Shown here in pieces: positions 40,385 through 50,395 of a stretch of DNA of 64,000 bases; the stretch's first letter is position 1; every line of letters begins with the position of its first letter. Position numbers and translations under genes: made by a program. The DNA comes from an uncultured Candidatus Saccharibacteria bacterium (lineage in GTDB: Bacteria; Patescibacteriota; WWE3; 2-01-FULL-39-13), in assembly GCA_965230915.1 (NCBI GenBank), contig OZ246395.1, forward strand, positions 12,019 to 76,018. Direction: 5' to 3'. The notes beneath the pieces were generated by a model, which was not told where the DNA came from, ran no database searches, and was given only the letters and a program-made list of their open reading frames with translations.

Positions 40385-42220
40385 CTAATCTTTCACTTCT
40401 ATATTAAATAGGGCGCTTTTTATTTGAAGTGCTCCTGGGGCTCTAAGGTTAAATATAGCTTTAAAATCGTCTCCGCTAACTTTCATTTCTCCTTTATTAG
40501 TTTTAATTTTTACTTCTGAAGTTTCTCCACCTGAAGAATAAGTTACACTTACGTCGCTTACTTTGGTTATGCCTGACTTATCAGCGACATCATCGCGTGA
40601 CCATGTATCGTCGATGTCTTCTCCCCAACAACTTTCTGCATCAACTTGAGATAAGTGCTTTTGGTTATCTTTATCTTCTTTATACAAAGCGACGGCGCCA
40701 ACAATATCTGCAAATTCTTTTTCGGTTAACCATGGATGTTTGCGACCGCATGCTTCGCCGCCTCTAGTTTTGTACCAGCCTTTATAGAACCATGGGGAAC
40801 CACCTTTGCTTTCATAAGCTTCGCTTGTCCAACAATCTCTAGAACCGCATTTTGTATCCCAGCCACCCTTGGTTTTGTGACCTAAACTAGTGTATTGATA
40901 GTTATATCCACCGGATGAAGCGGCATATAGTGCTGAAAATATTTGATCGGTATCATTTCCGATCATTACCATACCTTTTGTTTCTTCAACTGCTTGATGC
41001 CATCGTGCAGCGGAGGATGCGGTGGCCTTTGATGACGACCAAACCTGACAACTTTCCGTGGTGCAAATCCTGCCTCCGCCCCCGCCACTACCATTGCGCC
41101 ATCCGACATATGCCATTGCGTATGTACGTGCAGCTATAGCTTGAGCTTTTAGAGCTTCCATTGGCCAATCGGCCGGCATTTCTGCGAGTCCTTTTAGATA
41201 TTTCCCATCTAGTGACATTTCCCCTTTATCTGTATTAATAGTATCTGGAAGATCCGGCTTGGTAATATCGACATCACCATAATATGCTTTCAAAATATCT
41301 TTGTAGTTTTGGCCAGATTCAGCACGGCCTTTTGCCCCATATTGGCTTAAACCCTGTCTATGTGGAGCTCCAAAAGAGAACCCTGCAAAGGCCGGTGAAA
41401 ATCCGGGATTATAATTAGCTTGTGATGCAGCGTCGCCCGTAGATGGAACATCTCCCACACTAGTAGTAAATGTTCCAGTTTTAGCTTCTAATAGTGATTT
41501 TTGTTTTGCAGATAATTCGTTAAGCTTGCGCTCTAGGCTGGCTTTTTCGTTTGAAACATTCCTAAGTTGTGCCTGTTGAGTCGCCGCCTGGGCTGATAGT
41601 TTTGAAACTAAAGTTTGAACCTCTTTTTTTTGCGTCTCTACCTGTGCTTTTATAGCTTCAACTTCCTTTTTATCACTTTCATATTGGGCAATATTTCCAT
41701 TGAGAGAGCCTATAAATTGTTTTGAGCTGTCGATAAAGCTTAAATGATATGCGGCATCTTCTGCAGCCTTAGAAAGGCTTGAAGTTGAGAAGAGCATCTC
41801 TAATAAGCTTTGCTGGTTCGATATATATAAACTTCTAACTGTTTTATCGCGGATTTTTGTGCTTGAATCTAGCTCAATCTTTTTTAGATCAAGTTTCTTA
41901 TTTAGGTTTGAGATATCATCTGTTAGCCCTTTGATTTGTGAATTTAAAGAATTAATCTGGCTTTGATTAACATTAATCTGGCCAGTTAAGTTCTTTATAG
42001 CTGCAGATATTGAATCGGCTTTCGCTTTTATATCGCTTAATTTGCCTTCTGTTTCTTTGATATCTTTCTCAAGCTCTTCTATTTCGGCATCTTCATCAGC
42101 ATATGAATAGGTGGTAAACTGGCTAGATATAGCCAACACAGATATGAAAGTGTAAAGAGTGAGCAAAAAGATCTTAAGTAATGTCTTTGGGGCTCTATTT
42201 CGATTTGGCAGCATCTCCAT
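40385..42220 (-). CDS. membrane-anchored coiled-coil protein with SpoIID/LytB domain (peptidoglycan-remodelling)
   Basis: N-terminal TM; about 200 aa of heptad-rich coiled coil; SpoIID signature ...ALKAQAIAARTYAMAYVGWRNG...; strong Gly-rich loops. Confidence 0.62.
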   Translation of the reverse strand: MEMLPNRNRAPKTLLKIFLLTLYTFISVLAISSQFTTYSYADEDAEIEELEKDIKETEGKLSDIKAKADSISAAIKNLTGQINVNQSQINSLNSQIKGLTDDISNLNKKLDLKKIELDSSTKIRDKTVRSLYISNQQSLLEMLFSTSSLSKAAEDAAYHLSFIDSSKQFIGSLNGNIAQYESDKKEVEAIKAQVETQKKEVQTLVSKLSAQAATQQAQLRNVSNEKASLERKLNELSAKQKSLLEAKTGTFTTSVGDVPSTGDAASQANYNPGFSPAFAGFSFGAPHRQGLSQYGAKGRAESGQNYKDILKAYYGDVDITKPDLPDTINTDKGEMSLDGKYLKGLAEMPADWPMEALKAQAIAARTYAMAYVGWRNGSGGGGGRICTTESCQVWSSSKATASSAARWHQAVEETKGMVMIGNDTDQIFSALYAASSGGYNYQYTSLGHKTKGGWDTKCGSRDCWTSEAYESKGGSPWFYKGWYKTRGGEACGRKHPWLTEKEFADIVGAVALYKEDKDNQKHLSQVDAESCWGEDIDDTWSRDDVADKSGITKVSDVSVTYSSGGETSEVKIKTNKGEMKVSGDDFKAIFNLRAPGALQIKSALFNIEVKD

Positions 42221-42328
42221 TGAATTATTATAGCATTTAGTTTACAATACTATGATTTTATGGATACAATTGTAGTAAGTTAGTTAGTCAAAATTATTTT
42301 AATTAAAAAACACCAAGGAGGTGTAAGA

Positions 42329-42748
42329 ATGAACAAGGTTAAATATTTAAGCTCTTTAATAGTAGCAGGAGCAACTTTAGCGGCAACTACAGTCGCAGCT
42401 AATGCACAACCATCAGGCGGAATCAGCGCTTCATCATTAAAGGTTACTAGCAGTATCGGAAACATCACAGACATATCTACTGGTGTAACTTTCATTTTGA
42501 ACTTATTCGTATATTTAGGATGGATCGGAGTTATAGTTGGAGTTGGTTTAGCTGTATTTGGTTTGGTATACAAACTTATAAATACTGATAGCGAAGAAGC
42601 AATGAAAACTGTTCAAGGCTACTTGACCAAAGCTGTTTTGATTGTTGTTGCTGGTATTTTATTGATCGGTGCAGGATTTATCGTAAAGACTGTCGCTGGT
42701 TTATTCAATGTAACACCATTAACAGTATCATCGTTTAGTTCTCAATAA
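42329..42748 (+). CDS. VirB2/TrbC pilin-like protein (paralog 3), probably highly expressed
   Basis: Strong SD AAGGAGGTG 7 nt upstream; signal peptide ...TTVAANA; TM1-loop(DSEEAMKTVQGYLTK)-TM2 architecture. Confidence 0.55.
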   Translation: MNKVKYLSSLIVAGATLAATTVAANAQPSGGISASSLKVTSSIGNITDISTGVTFILNLFVYLGWIGVIVGVGLAVFGLVYKLINTDSEEAMKTVQGYLTKAVLIVVAGILLIGAGFIVKTVAGLFNVTPLTVSSFSSQ

Positions 42749-42820
42749 AGATAGCTAAAACCGTGTGCAAGAAGTTGGCGAGCTTTTTTAAAGATTGTCA
42801 TTCTTGCACATTTTTAATAT

Positions 42821-43180
42821 ATGTCTTGTGACTCATTTTTAGATTGTATAAACGATCCAATCGTAGATAACAAATTACCCGCAGAGAATATTGTTGTAGA
42901 TGTCAGCACTACTACTATTTACGTTGTAAACTTATCCTTATTTGCTTTTCAAGTAATATTATTTGTGGCGGTTGTTTATTTTATATTTAAAGGCATTCTT
43001 TCCATAATTCGCGCTGATTCTTCAGAAGCATTCGAAAAATTCCAAGGGGCTATTACTAATGCTGTTTTTGCTGCCGTTGGCTTAGTTCTGCTAGTTGGCT
43101 CAAGATTTATATTCGTGGCTGTTTTGAGAATGGTGGGGATTCCAGATGCGGAAAATCTCTTTATTAACTTACCTTTCTAG
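42821..43180 (+). CDS. VirB2/TrbC-like two-helix protein (paralog 4)
   Basis: Loop DSSEAFEKFQGAITN is homologous to the loop of ORF 42329; flanked by two hydrophobic helices. Confidence 0.45.
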   Translation: MSCDSFLDCINDPIVDNKLPAENIVVDVSTTTIYVVNLSLFAFQVILFVAVVYFIFKGILSIIRADSSEAFEKFQGAITNAVFAAVGLVLLVGSRFIFVAVLRMVGIPDAENLFINLPF

Positions 43181-45421
43181 CCAAGCATTATTTGTATAAA
43201 CAGTATAAAACTGATTATCATCTATTCGTGTCCCATACTTCATAAAAATTTCTTTTGCAATTTTATTGTTTATATCATTTAAACACTGAATTTCCACAAA
43301 CGAAGATACTTTATTAAAAACGAAATATTTGAAGTTATAATTTTCATTCATTTTTAAGAAATCTTCTTCAGAATATTTATCTGTATACATATCAAAGTAA
43401 ACAGCTCTATTAAAGTAATCATCGATGTAATAGCTTATGTTAGAAAAAGATGGAAACGAAGAGAAAAGTATTTTTTCGTTTGATTTATTTAATACATTCG
43501 ATGTGTTTTCCGCTTGTAAATAGATTCCACCATAAACATCTTTAGTCAGTTCTTGTCTTGAGTGTTCTGGGGCAATATAAATCGAGAGAGCTTCGGTTAG
43601 AATAGTTGCATTCATATATACGACCACGCTAAAGGCTATAAAATATTTGAAAATATACCAATAATTATCTTTAGTAAGGTAAATGCTCGAAATTAAGAAA
43701 AATAAAACAAAGGCTAGTGCCGGATACCAAACAATAATCGGAGTCATGTATATAATCGGGATTGCAAATAAAATCGCAATTATAAAAATTATCATTTGTG
43801 AATTAAATTGAAGCTTTGGCTTTTTTGCTAAGAAATAAAATAATGCAATTAGCATCGTTGTTGAAATCCAAATTCCAGGGTCCCCAAGCGAAATTGATAT
43901 AGCAGCATTTTTAGGGAATGCAATTATTAATAAAGCTTTCAAATATTTAAGTGAGTCAGTCGGAAGGCCATAATAAGATTCTTGTTCATATGTAACGATA
44001 TTTTGTAGACACGAACTCAACTGCATTGGCATAAAAGTGTCTTTCGCCATTGGAAATAAACCAAATCCAATATTTTCAAAAAAAGGAATGTTTGATCTGT
44101 AAAACAAAAACCAAATAAGTGGAACTAATAAAGTTATTCCAAAATTAATTACTAACTGTTTTGCGGACTCTAGTAAATTGATTTTGTTTTTATAATTTAT
44201 GAAAATTAAGACTAAAAGATATGATGGAATCAAAAAAACAGATGTTAATTTTATTAGTATACTGTATCCCAAAAAGATTGATCCTAAATATAAAAACTTA
44301 GGATTTATATTTTCCTTATATTTTAAAAGAAGGCTAATAAAAGTAAGCTGAACCAAGGCGAGAACTACATCTATTTTAAATTCTCCTATTAAAATTCTTA
44401 AGAAGGGTGGAAAGAATATTGCTGGAAGCAATGCCCAATATATAACTCTCTTTGGATTAAATAAATTTTTTGCTATTAAATATATCGGGATTACAATGTT
44501 CAACGATAAAATTTTAAATATAAAATTCGCCTGAGCCGATCCAGCTATTTTAAATGCTGGAGCCATTAAAACTTCTGCAATAAAAGGAACAACTTGGAAT
44601 CCATCAGTTCTAGGTAATGCACCGTTGTTTGCAATATCTTGAATGATATTTAAATACATTCTTAGCGCATCAGGCCCGGGGGGAAGTTCCTGTTGTGCGA
44701 ATATTAGTATTGCTGTCAAAAAAAGCAAAGTGATTATTGTAAGGGCAATTTCAATAGGTCTTAAGTCAATGGTTTTGTTCCAGGTTACAATCTTCTGTAG
44801 GCTTTTTAGTGTTAGTGACTTTTTGTAATCATAGATAAAAACCCAAAGTGCCGGCAAAAATATAAGCGAAATACTTATAAAGTTTAGTAGCGAATATCCA
44901 GCAATAAAAAATACAAAGAATCCGACTAGCATCATTCCACTTATAAGAGAATAAAGATATTTCTCGATTCGACTCAAATTAATATATAAATTCTTTAATA
45001 TAGCTTTGGTTAATAATTTCCCATAAGTAAGAATCGTTATTAAGTAAGCTGCTAATAAAATAATCCCAATAGACGATATTTTTATAGATAGCAAAAATGA
45101 TTTTGAGATACTAAAAAATAAATTTATATCTATCTTTTGATTTAGACCATTTGTAAAAAAGGCGAAATTGTATAGAAGTAAAAGAGATATGTAACTAATT
45201 AAGAATGAAATAGCTATTTTAATTGTGGTTATCTTGATAGGTCTTTTTATATTTTTAAATAGACCAAGAATTAATATAATTTCAACCAAAACTGCTGCAG
45301 CGGCAAGAATTAACAGTGGGTTTCTAGATAAGAAAAAAATGAAAGAAATGGCTAGCAGTAATACTATCAAAAGTCTCTGCCACTTTATATTCAGTATGTT
45401 TTTGAAGTCTATAATTTTCAT
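43169..45421 (-). CDS. large polytopic membrane protein (750 aa), possible GT-C glycosyltransferase
   Basis: More than 14 TM helices with a hydrophilic C-terminal domain; weak similarity to PMT/ArnT-like topology. Confidence 0.3.
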   Translation of the reverse strand: MKIIDFKNILNIKWQRLLIVLLLAISFIFFLSRNPLLILAAAAVLVEIILILGLFKNIKRPIKITTIKIAISFLISYISLLLLYNFAFFTNGLNQKIDINLFFSISKSFLLSIKISSIGIILLAAYLITILTYGKLLTKAILKNLYINLSRIEKYLYSLISGMMLVGFFVFFIAGYSLLNFISISLIFLPALWVFIYDYKKSLTLKSLQKIVTWNKTIDLRPIEIALTIITLLFLTAILIFAQQELPPGPDALRMYLNIIQDIANNGALPRTDGFQVVPFIAEVLMAPAFKIAGSAQANFIFKILSLNIVIPIYLIAKNLFNPKRVIYWALLPAIFFPPFLRILIGEFKIDVVLALVQLTFISLLLKYKENINPKFLYLGSIFLGYSILIKLTSVFLIPSYLLVLIFINYKNKINLLESAKQLVINFGITLLVPLIWFLFYRSNIPFFENIGFGLFPMAKDTFMPMQLSSCLQNIVTYEQESYYGLPTDSLKYLKALLIIAFPKNAAISISLGDPGIWISTTMLIALFYFLAKKPKLQFNSQMIIFIIAILFAIPIIYMTPIIVWYPALAFVLFFLISSIYLTKDNYWYIFKYFIAFSVVVYMNATILTEALSIYIAPEHSRQELTKDVYGGIYLQAENTSNVLNKSNEKILFSSFPSFSNISYYIDDYFNRAVYFDMYTDKYSEEDFLKMNENYNFKYFVFNKVSSFVEIQCLNDINNKIAKEIFMKYGTRIDDNQFYTVYTNNAWLER

Positions 45422-45438
45422 TCTAGAGAGATATTTAT

Positions 45439-45891
45439 TTGAAAGCTAAATATCATTATAATATAGATATGCTAAAAGCCATCGCAAGAATTATTGATTT
45501 TGTCACCTGGATTGTTTGTTTTTTGTTAGTCGCGCGTTTTGTAACTCATTTTTTTGGAACCAAATCCGATGCTCCCCTTATCGAGTGGCTTTATGGAACT
45601 ACGACCGATTTAATATCACCTTTCGCTAATTTTTTTGGTGTAGTGACTATTGGGTCAGGTTATAAGATCGATTCACCCGCAATTGTTGCGGTAATTATCT
45701 ATGGAATAGTCGGCTATGGCCTTGTTGCTTTATTAGACTCTATAGCAAATCATTTTGCCTTTAAGCCTAAAATTCATGAAATGGTTTCTCCGAATCCTAC
45801 TGCGCCGAGTGTAATAGAGCAAAAGCCCATAAATGAACCAGTCGACCTAAAAACTGAAGTTCCCTCGATCTCCGGCGGAAAAACTATTTAG
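45439..45891 (+). CDS. small membrane protein, hypothetical
   Basis: Two to three hydrophobic helices. Confidence 0.3.
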   Translation: MKAKYHYNIDMLKAIARIIDFVTWIVCFLLVARFVTHFFGTKSDAPLIEWLYGTTTDLISPFANFFGVVTIGSGYKIDSPAIVAVIIYGIVGYGLVALLDSIANHFAFKPKIHEMVSPNPTAPSVIEQKPINEPVDLKTEVPSISGGKTI

Positions 45892-45900
45892 AGTTAAGAG

Positions 45901-47250
45901 TTAATTTTCAGTTTTAGTAAACGAAGATTTAGTAAGAGGATAATTTATTATTTTTGCATTTTTATTCCCGGGTAATGGGAATGGCTCTCCCTCAAAGTCT
46001 GATATTTTGTAATCCCCAAAAATAAAATCTTCTGGCTTCATAATTATTTTGCCTTTCCACGCCGGGACTTCGTTCCAACCCATTACACCTATTACTTTTA
46101 TATTGTCTTTGCCCAGATAATATTGGTACGGGAATAACCATCCAGCATTTTCTATCAGAACAACTTGATTCTCTCTTAGTAACTGGGCCTTATCAGAGAT
46201 ATTTATTTTTAGATATGAATTCCAATAGCCGAAAGCATAAATATTTATAAGGCTTACAGATATTAGTATCATGCTCAATGTTATTTTATTGTGAATTATC
46301 CTATCTAAATAAACTGCCAATATAATAAAAATAGGTGCAAATGAAAACCAATAATACCTCCAATAGAATATATGACTCTGGAAAGATATTATTGTAAATA
46401 TAATTAGCGATCCCAGAGCAGATAACCACAGTAAACTATAAAAAGTGTTTGGTGTATTTTTTATAGTTTCAATATCCTTTTTCCCATATTTAATTAGGCT
46501 ATATATGAATACAATAGTTATTATTAAATATATTGGGCCTGTCGAATCAAAAAAATCTGAAAGGCGTCCTATATAGAGTTGAATTGGGAGAGCAAAGAGC
46601 GTAAATAAATTAGGATTAGTTGATACCCAGGTATTTATTGAGCCGTCAGAAATCTTTACTAAATAGAATGTTATTAGCCAAGGTATATAGAATATAAAAG
46701 AAATTACATTATAAATTGATAATCTTATCGATAAATCTTTATCTTTAAAAAATAAAACTCCAAAATATAAAAATAGACCTAACACAAAAAATAGTGAGGA
46801 GGTGTTCAAAAACAATAGAACAACATTCGTTAAAATAAACCAAGCCGATCTTTTATTTATTAAAATGAGCGATATCAAAACTAATGCTGCCTGCATTATA
46901 TACATACGACCTTCTGTTGCAAAATAAAGCATTGCCGGAGAAGTAAAAATAAATACAAGAAAAGCATATCTAGTGTACTTTTCTATTTCCATGAATTTTA
47001 GTGCTTTATTAAATAATGGAATAAATAGTAAATATGTAATTAAGCTCGGAATACGTATCGCGAAGGGTGAACTTCCAAATATAATCATCCAGTAATGTAT
47101 AAAATAATAATAAAGTGGAGGGTTAAAGTCAGAAAGTGTCAGAAAAGTTATATCTGAAATACTTTTTTGCGATAAAAATATGGTGAAGGTTTCGTCTAAC
47201 CAAAGTCCGTCCCATAAAGAAGTGAATGTTCCAGCTAAATATTCGATCAT
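45901..47250 (-). CDS. GT-C family glycosyltransferase (ArnT/PMT, GT39/GT83-like)
   Basis: N-terminal loop with the DE motif (WLDETFT), about 11 TM, lipid-carrier-dependent mannosyl/arabinosyl-transferase-like architecture. Confidence 0.42.
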   Translation of the reverse strand: MIEYLAGTFTSLWDGLWLDETFTIFLSQKSISDITFLTLSDFNPPLYYYFIHYWMIIFGSSPFAIRIPSLITYLLFIPLFNKALKFMEIEKYTRYAFLVFIFTSPAMLYFATEGRMYIMQAALVLISLILINKRSAWFILTNVVLLFLNTSSLFFVLGLFLYFGVLFFKDKDLSIRLSIYNVISFIFYIPWLITFYLVKISDGSINTWVSTNPNLFTLFALPIQLYIGRLSDFFDSTGPIYLIITIVFIYSLIKYGKKDIETIKNTPNTFYSLLWLSALGSLIIFTIISFQSHIFYWRYYWFSFAPIFIILAVYLDRIIHNKITLSMILISVSLINIYAFGYWNSYLKINISDKAQLLRENQVVLIENAGWLFPYQYYLGKDNIKVIGVMGWNEVPAWKGKIIMKPEDFIFGDYKISDFEGEPFPLPGNKNAKIINYPLTKSSFTKTEN

Positions 47251-47298
47251 ATGTATAAATAATAAAGTGACTTGTATTAAAGTCCAAGCAATAAGTAT

Positions 47299-47323
47299 TA
47301 AAAAAAGACCTTTTCAGGTCTCT
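47299..47323 (-). terminator. Rho-independent terminator downstream of the tmRNA 3' end
   Basis: Minus-strand reading: agagacct-gaaa-aggtcttt followed by TTTTTT. Confidence 0.5.
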
Positions 47324-47345
47324 TTCAAATTCTCGGAATATTATA

Positions 47346-47718
47346 TGGTGGAGATGGAGGGAATCGAACCCTCGTGCTAATAGATTTTCCGTTCAAAGTA
47401 TTACAAGCTTCGCAGTTTTAAAAATTTATATAAACCTAGTAAAACTGCAAAAGGTGTTTATATAAATGATTCCTTACTTTCGTAAAGCGTGTCTTGCGAC
47501 TTCCAATGTAGGTTGAGCTTAATAGAAAGACATTGGCAAACTTTGATCTATTAAACTGCTGATGGATAATTCCGTTCGTTTAGATTAAGCGTAAGCTATT
47601 TCGTAAACGTCAGCTGTAACGTTGTTATTGACGTTTGATTTTTGATTCAGTTTTAAGACTTATATCAGGTCTGCTTGCTTCAGACGAAGTGTCTGCTAGG
47701 CGATGCCTTGACATCCCC
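47346..47718 (-). ncRNA. ssrA: tmRNA (SsrA), 373 nt
   Basis: 5' GGGGAUG... and 3' ...GGUUCGAUUCCCUCCAUCUCCACCA form a tRNA-Ala-like acceptor stem with the G3-U70 wobble; internal candidate tag frame ending ...ADVYEIAYA-UAA; sits next to smpB. Confidence 0.8.
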
Positions 47719-47773
47719 AAACGTGAGAAATATCTCATTTCTAAGCTAGTTTGTCAAGAGCTATAGGCTTAAA

Positions 47774-48229
47774 TCAGCGCAGTCTCGCGGTTTTCATAGT
47801 GCGCTCAATTTCACGCTTTTCTTGTTTCTCAATAAGATCTTGTCGCTTATCTGATTTCTTTTTTCCGCGGGCAAGACCAACAGAAATTTTTATTAATCCA
47901 CCTTTGGTGTATAAAACTAACGGAATCAAAGTGTAACCTTGTTGGTTAACTTTTCCTTCTAGGGATTTTATTTCTGATTTATGCATTAATAATTTCCTAG
48001 TTCTTGAAGGATCATAGTTCAAAATTATTCCAGCCTTTGCATATAGGGGAATGTTGAGCCCGATTAATGAAACTGAGTCATGTGTAATTTTAATGTGAGC
48101 TCCGGTTAAAGTTCCCTGGCCTTCTTTTAAAGCCTTAACTTCAAACCCTAGCAATTTTATTCCGGCTTCGTAAGTTTCTAATATTTCGTAATCATAATGA
48201 GCTCGACGGTTTTTGATTAAACTTGGCAT
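47774..48229 (-). CDS. smpB: SsrA-binding protein SmpB
   Basis: KNRRAHYDYEILE..EAGI.L.G.EVK signature and a basic C-terminal tail. Confidence 0.9.
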   Translation of the reverse strand: MPSLIKNRRAHYDYEILETYEAGIKLLGFEVKALKEGQGTLTGAHIKITHDSVSLIGLNIPLYAKAGIILNYDPSRTRKLLMHKSEIKSLEGKVNQQGYTLIPLVLYTKGGLIKISVGLARGKKKSDKRQDLIEKQEKREIERTMKTARLR

Positions 48230-48247
48230 ATTCGTTCCCTTTATTAT

Positions 48248-50095
48248 TTATAACGTAATTTCGTGAAGAACTTTGTTCTTTTCGAAAAGTATCTTTCCTT
48301 TTTCATATTTAGGGAAGGTGAAGAATTTTGGATTCTGATTATCCTTTGTTAGATCTATTGTTTGAATATATTCGCCTGTTACTTTGTTAAAAACCTGGAT
48401 CACTTTTGCTCGCTCGCTTATATCAAGTATATAAAGCTTTCCATTTGATGCTTCCATAGAAATTGGGTTTGAGACTCTAGAAAAATCTAATTTGAAATTC
48501 TGATTTCGTCTTTTGCTATCAAATTTAATAATTTCTGAATCGGTAACCACATAAACGCTTCCGTTATCAATTAACATTGATCGGGCGTTTGATAATGTTT
48601 GGTCAGCCGCGAGCCATTCTTTTGCCGTGGTTTTATCAGTCGTAGATGCGTCGATTGGATATGTGTAAATTTTATCTTTTGTTAAAAAGTACAAAGAACT
48701 TGAATATGGATACATATCTATAATACCTGAGACTCCCGGTAAGTAGTCATCAACTTTTTCAGGACTGGTTGGCTTTAAAACATAAAATTTATTGCTGTCT
48801 CCTAAATAACAGTAGTTAAGATCGCACTCTAAGAATTGTGGGAGGGCTGATTCTTCAAAGCTTCCGAATATGCTTTTAGATTCTTTTGTTTTTGGGTCGA
48901 TACTATAAAGTTTTTTGTTTGATGCATCTAGGATTAAGATTTTATCCAATGTTGTACTAATTCCGGTTATAGTTGGAGTTTCGCCTATACTGTTCAGATC
49001 CATAAAAACTGGGTATAGATCAGTATCGCTTTTTAGTTCGGGGGATATTGAAGCTCCCATTACAGATGGGTTTGCAACCACTAGTGAAACTCGGGATTCG
49101 ATATCGTTTGCGATATGTCCTTGTGGCTCGGTAAAAATTTTATAAGCAACTAGTGCGAATACCATCACCATCGCTAATCCTACAGCTGCACGTTTTTTCG
49201 CTTTTTTACTTGTCTTTGAAGCTTTCTTAGGACCCTTAGGCATATTAACTGCCCCAGAAGTAGCAGTTGGGGTGGATAATCCCGAGATTGATGATACTGG
49301 GGCTGTCTTTTTATTTTGATAGAACTTAAATCGGTCGGAAAGTTTTTCATTGTCAGAAAATCTAGATCTAAATTTTAGAAATGACGTTGATATAGCTTCT
49401 TTTAGTCTTGAGTCTGACTGTTTGCTGGAACCACTTGAGTTTTGCTTTTCGATTATAGCTACCTTTATTAAAAGTGCGGCTAATTCATCTTTTTCGGCAT
49501 GCGACGCAATAGTTTGGGAGATATTTCCTAGTGAATTTATAACGTCATTAGCTGGAAAAGTTTGTGCGAATTTATCAGTCCCTATAATAACAACATCCTG
49601 ATCGTCTAATATGCCTGAGTTTGTCCAAAGTTCATTTGTTGCAGGGCTTAAGGAGAGGTTTCTAACACCGGTTCCTCGGACAAGATAAACCGCTGGGGAA
49701 CCCAAGTAGCTTGTATAGAGCACTCTGTTCCATATTAACGCTGTGGCAAAGTTAAGCTTAAAGTTTGCTTCTACTGATCCCAATGAGAGTGACTCGTCTT
49801 TTGACTTTATGGTTAAAACTAGCTTTAAGGCTCTATTTAAGGCTTTTTCTAAAGAATGAAGCGGGGTTTCCTCGGTTAGTCTATAAAAGTTTTCTTGCAC
49901 ACTGTCTAAGAATAAAGAAGCTGTGTCCTTAAGGTTAAAATCTCCATTAGCGCTGATTCTAAGCGTTATAAATAGTCTGCCCCGTTTGGCCAACATTTGT
50001 TCGCTAGGGACATCAAATTCATGCGTAATAACGATGTTTTTGGCCTCAGGGTTATAGTTTGCTCCTATGTTTTGGACTTTTAAAGAGATTTCCAT
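48248..50095 (-). CDS. bitopic membrane protein: cytoplasmic N-domain, one TM, extracytoplasmic beta-propeller-like repeats
   Basis: Lys-rich linker; TM AAVGLAMVMVFALVAYKIF; repeated KLYSID/KFYVLK/KIYTYP/SVYVVTD/KLYILD blades. Confidence 0.4.
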   Translation of the reverse strand: MEISLKVQNIGANYNPEAKNIVITHEFDVPSEQMLAKRGRLFITLRISANGDFNLKDTASLFLDSVQENFYRLTEETPLHSLEKALNRALKLVLTIKSKDESLSLGSVEANFKLNFATALIWNRVLYTSYLGSPAVYLVRGTGVRNLSLSPATNELWTNSGILDDQDVVIIGTDKFAQTFPANDVINSLGNISQTIASHAEKDELAALLIKVAIIEKQNSSGSSKQSDSRLKEAISTSFLKFRSRFSDNEKLSDRFKFYQNKKTAPVSSISGLSTPTATSGAVNMPKGPKKASKTSKKAKKRAAVGLAMVMVFALVAYKIFTEPQGHIANDIESRVSLVVANPSVMGASISPELKSDTDLYPVFMDLNSIGETPTITGISTTLDKILILDASNKKLYSIDPKTKESKSIFGSFEESALPQFLECDLNYCYLGDSNKFYVLKPTSPEKVDDYLPGVSGIIDMYPYSSSLYFLTKDKIYTYPIDASTTDKTTAKEWLAADQTLSNARSMLIDNGSVYVVTDSEIIKFDSKRRNQNFKLDFSRVSNPISMEASNGKLYILDISERAKVIQVFNKVTGEYIQTIDLTKDNQNPKFFTFPKYEKGKILFEKNKVLHEITL

Positions 50096-50149
50096 TGCGT
50101 AAAGATTATACTATAGAACCTCTGGTCAATCTCTCTACCTCGGTATGGG

Positions 50150-50395
50150 TTAGAGGTAGAACAAGGCGAACAAAAGGGTCAGGATTACAATAAATAATTG
50201 CAGGTAGGCTAAGATAACTAGGGACTTGTTTCCTCCACTATGTATCGTTTTTCCCATCATATTTACCTGCTTTATGGACATTATTATTAACACTAGATAG
50301 AAAAATAGAAATGCCAGAAGAACTATTCTTGCAACTGGGTATATATCTAACCCAATGTCTCCAGCTTTTATGAATGTGTTAGTCGGTATGGCCAT
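50150..50395 (-). CDS. small two-TM membrane protein
   Basis: Hydrophobic, 81 aa. Confidence 0.3.
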   Translation of the reverse strand: MAIPTNTFIKAGDIGLDIYPVARIVLLAFLFFYLVLIIMSIKQVNMMGKTIHSGGNKSLVILAYLQLFIVILTLLFALFYL

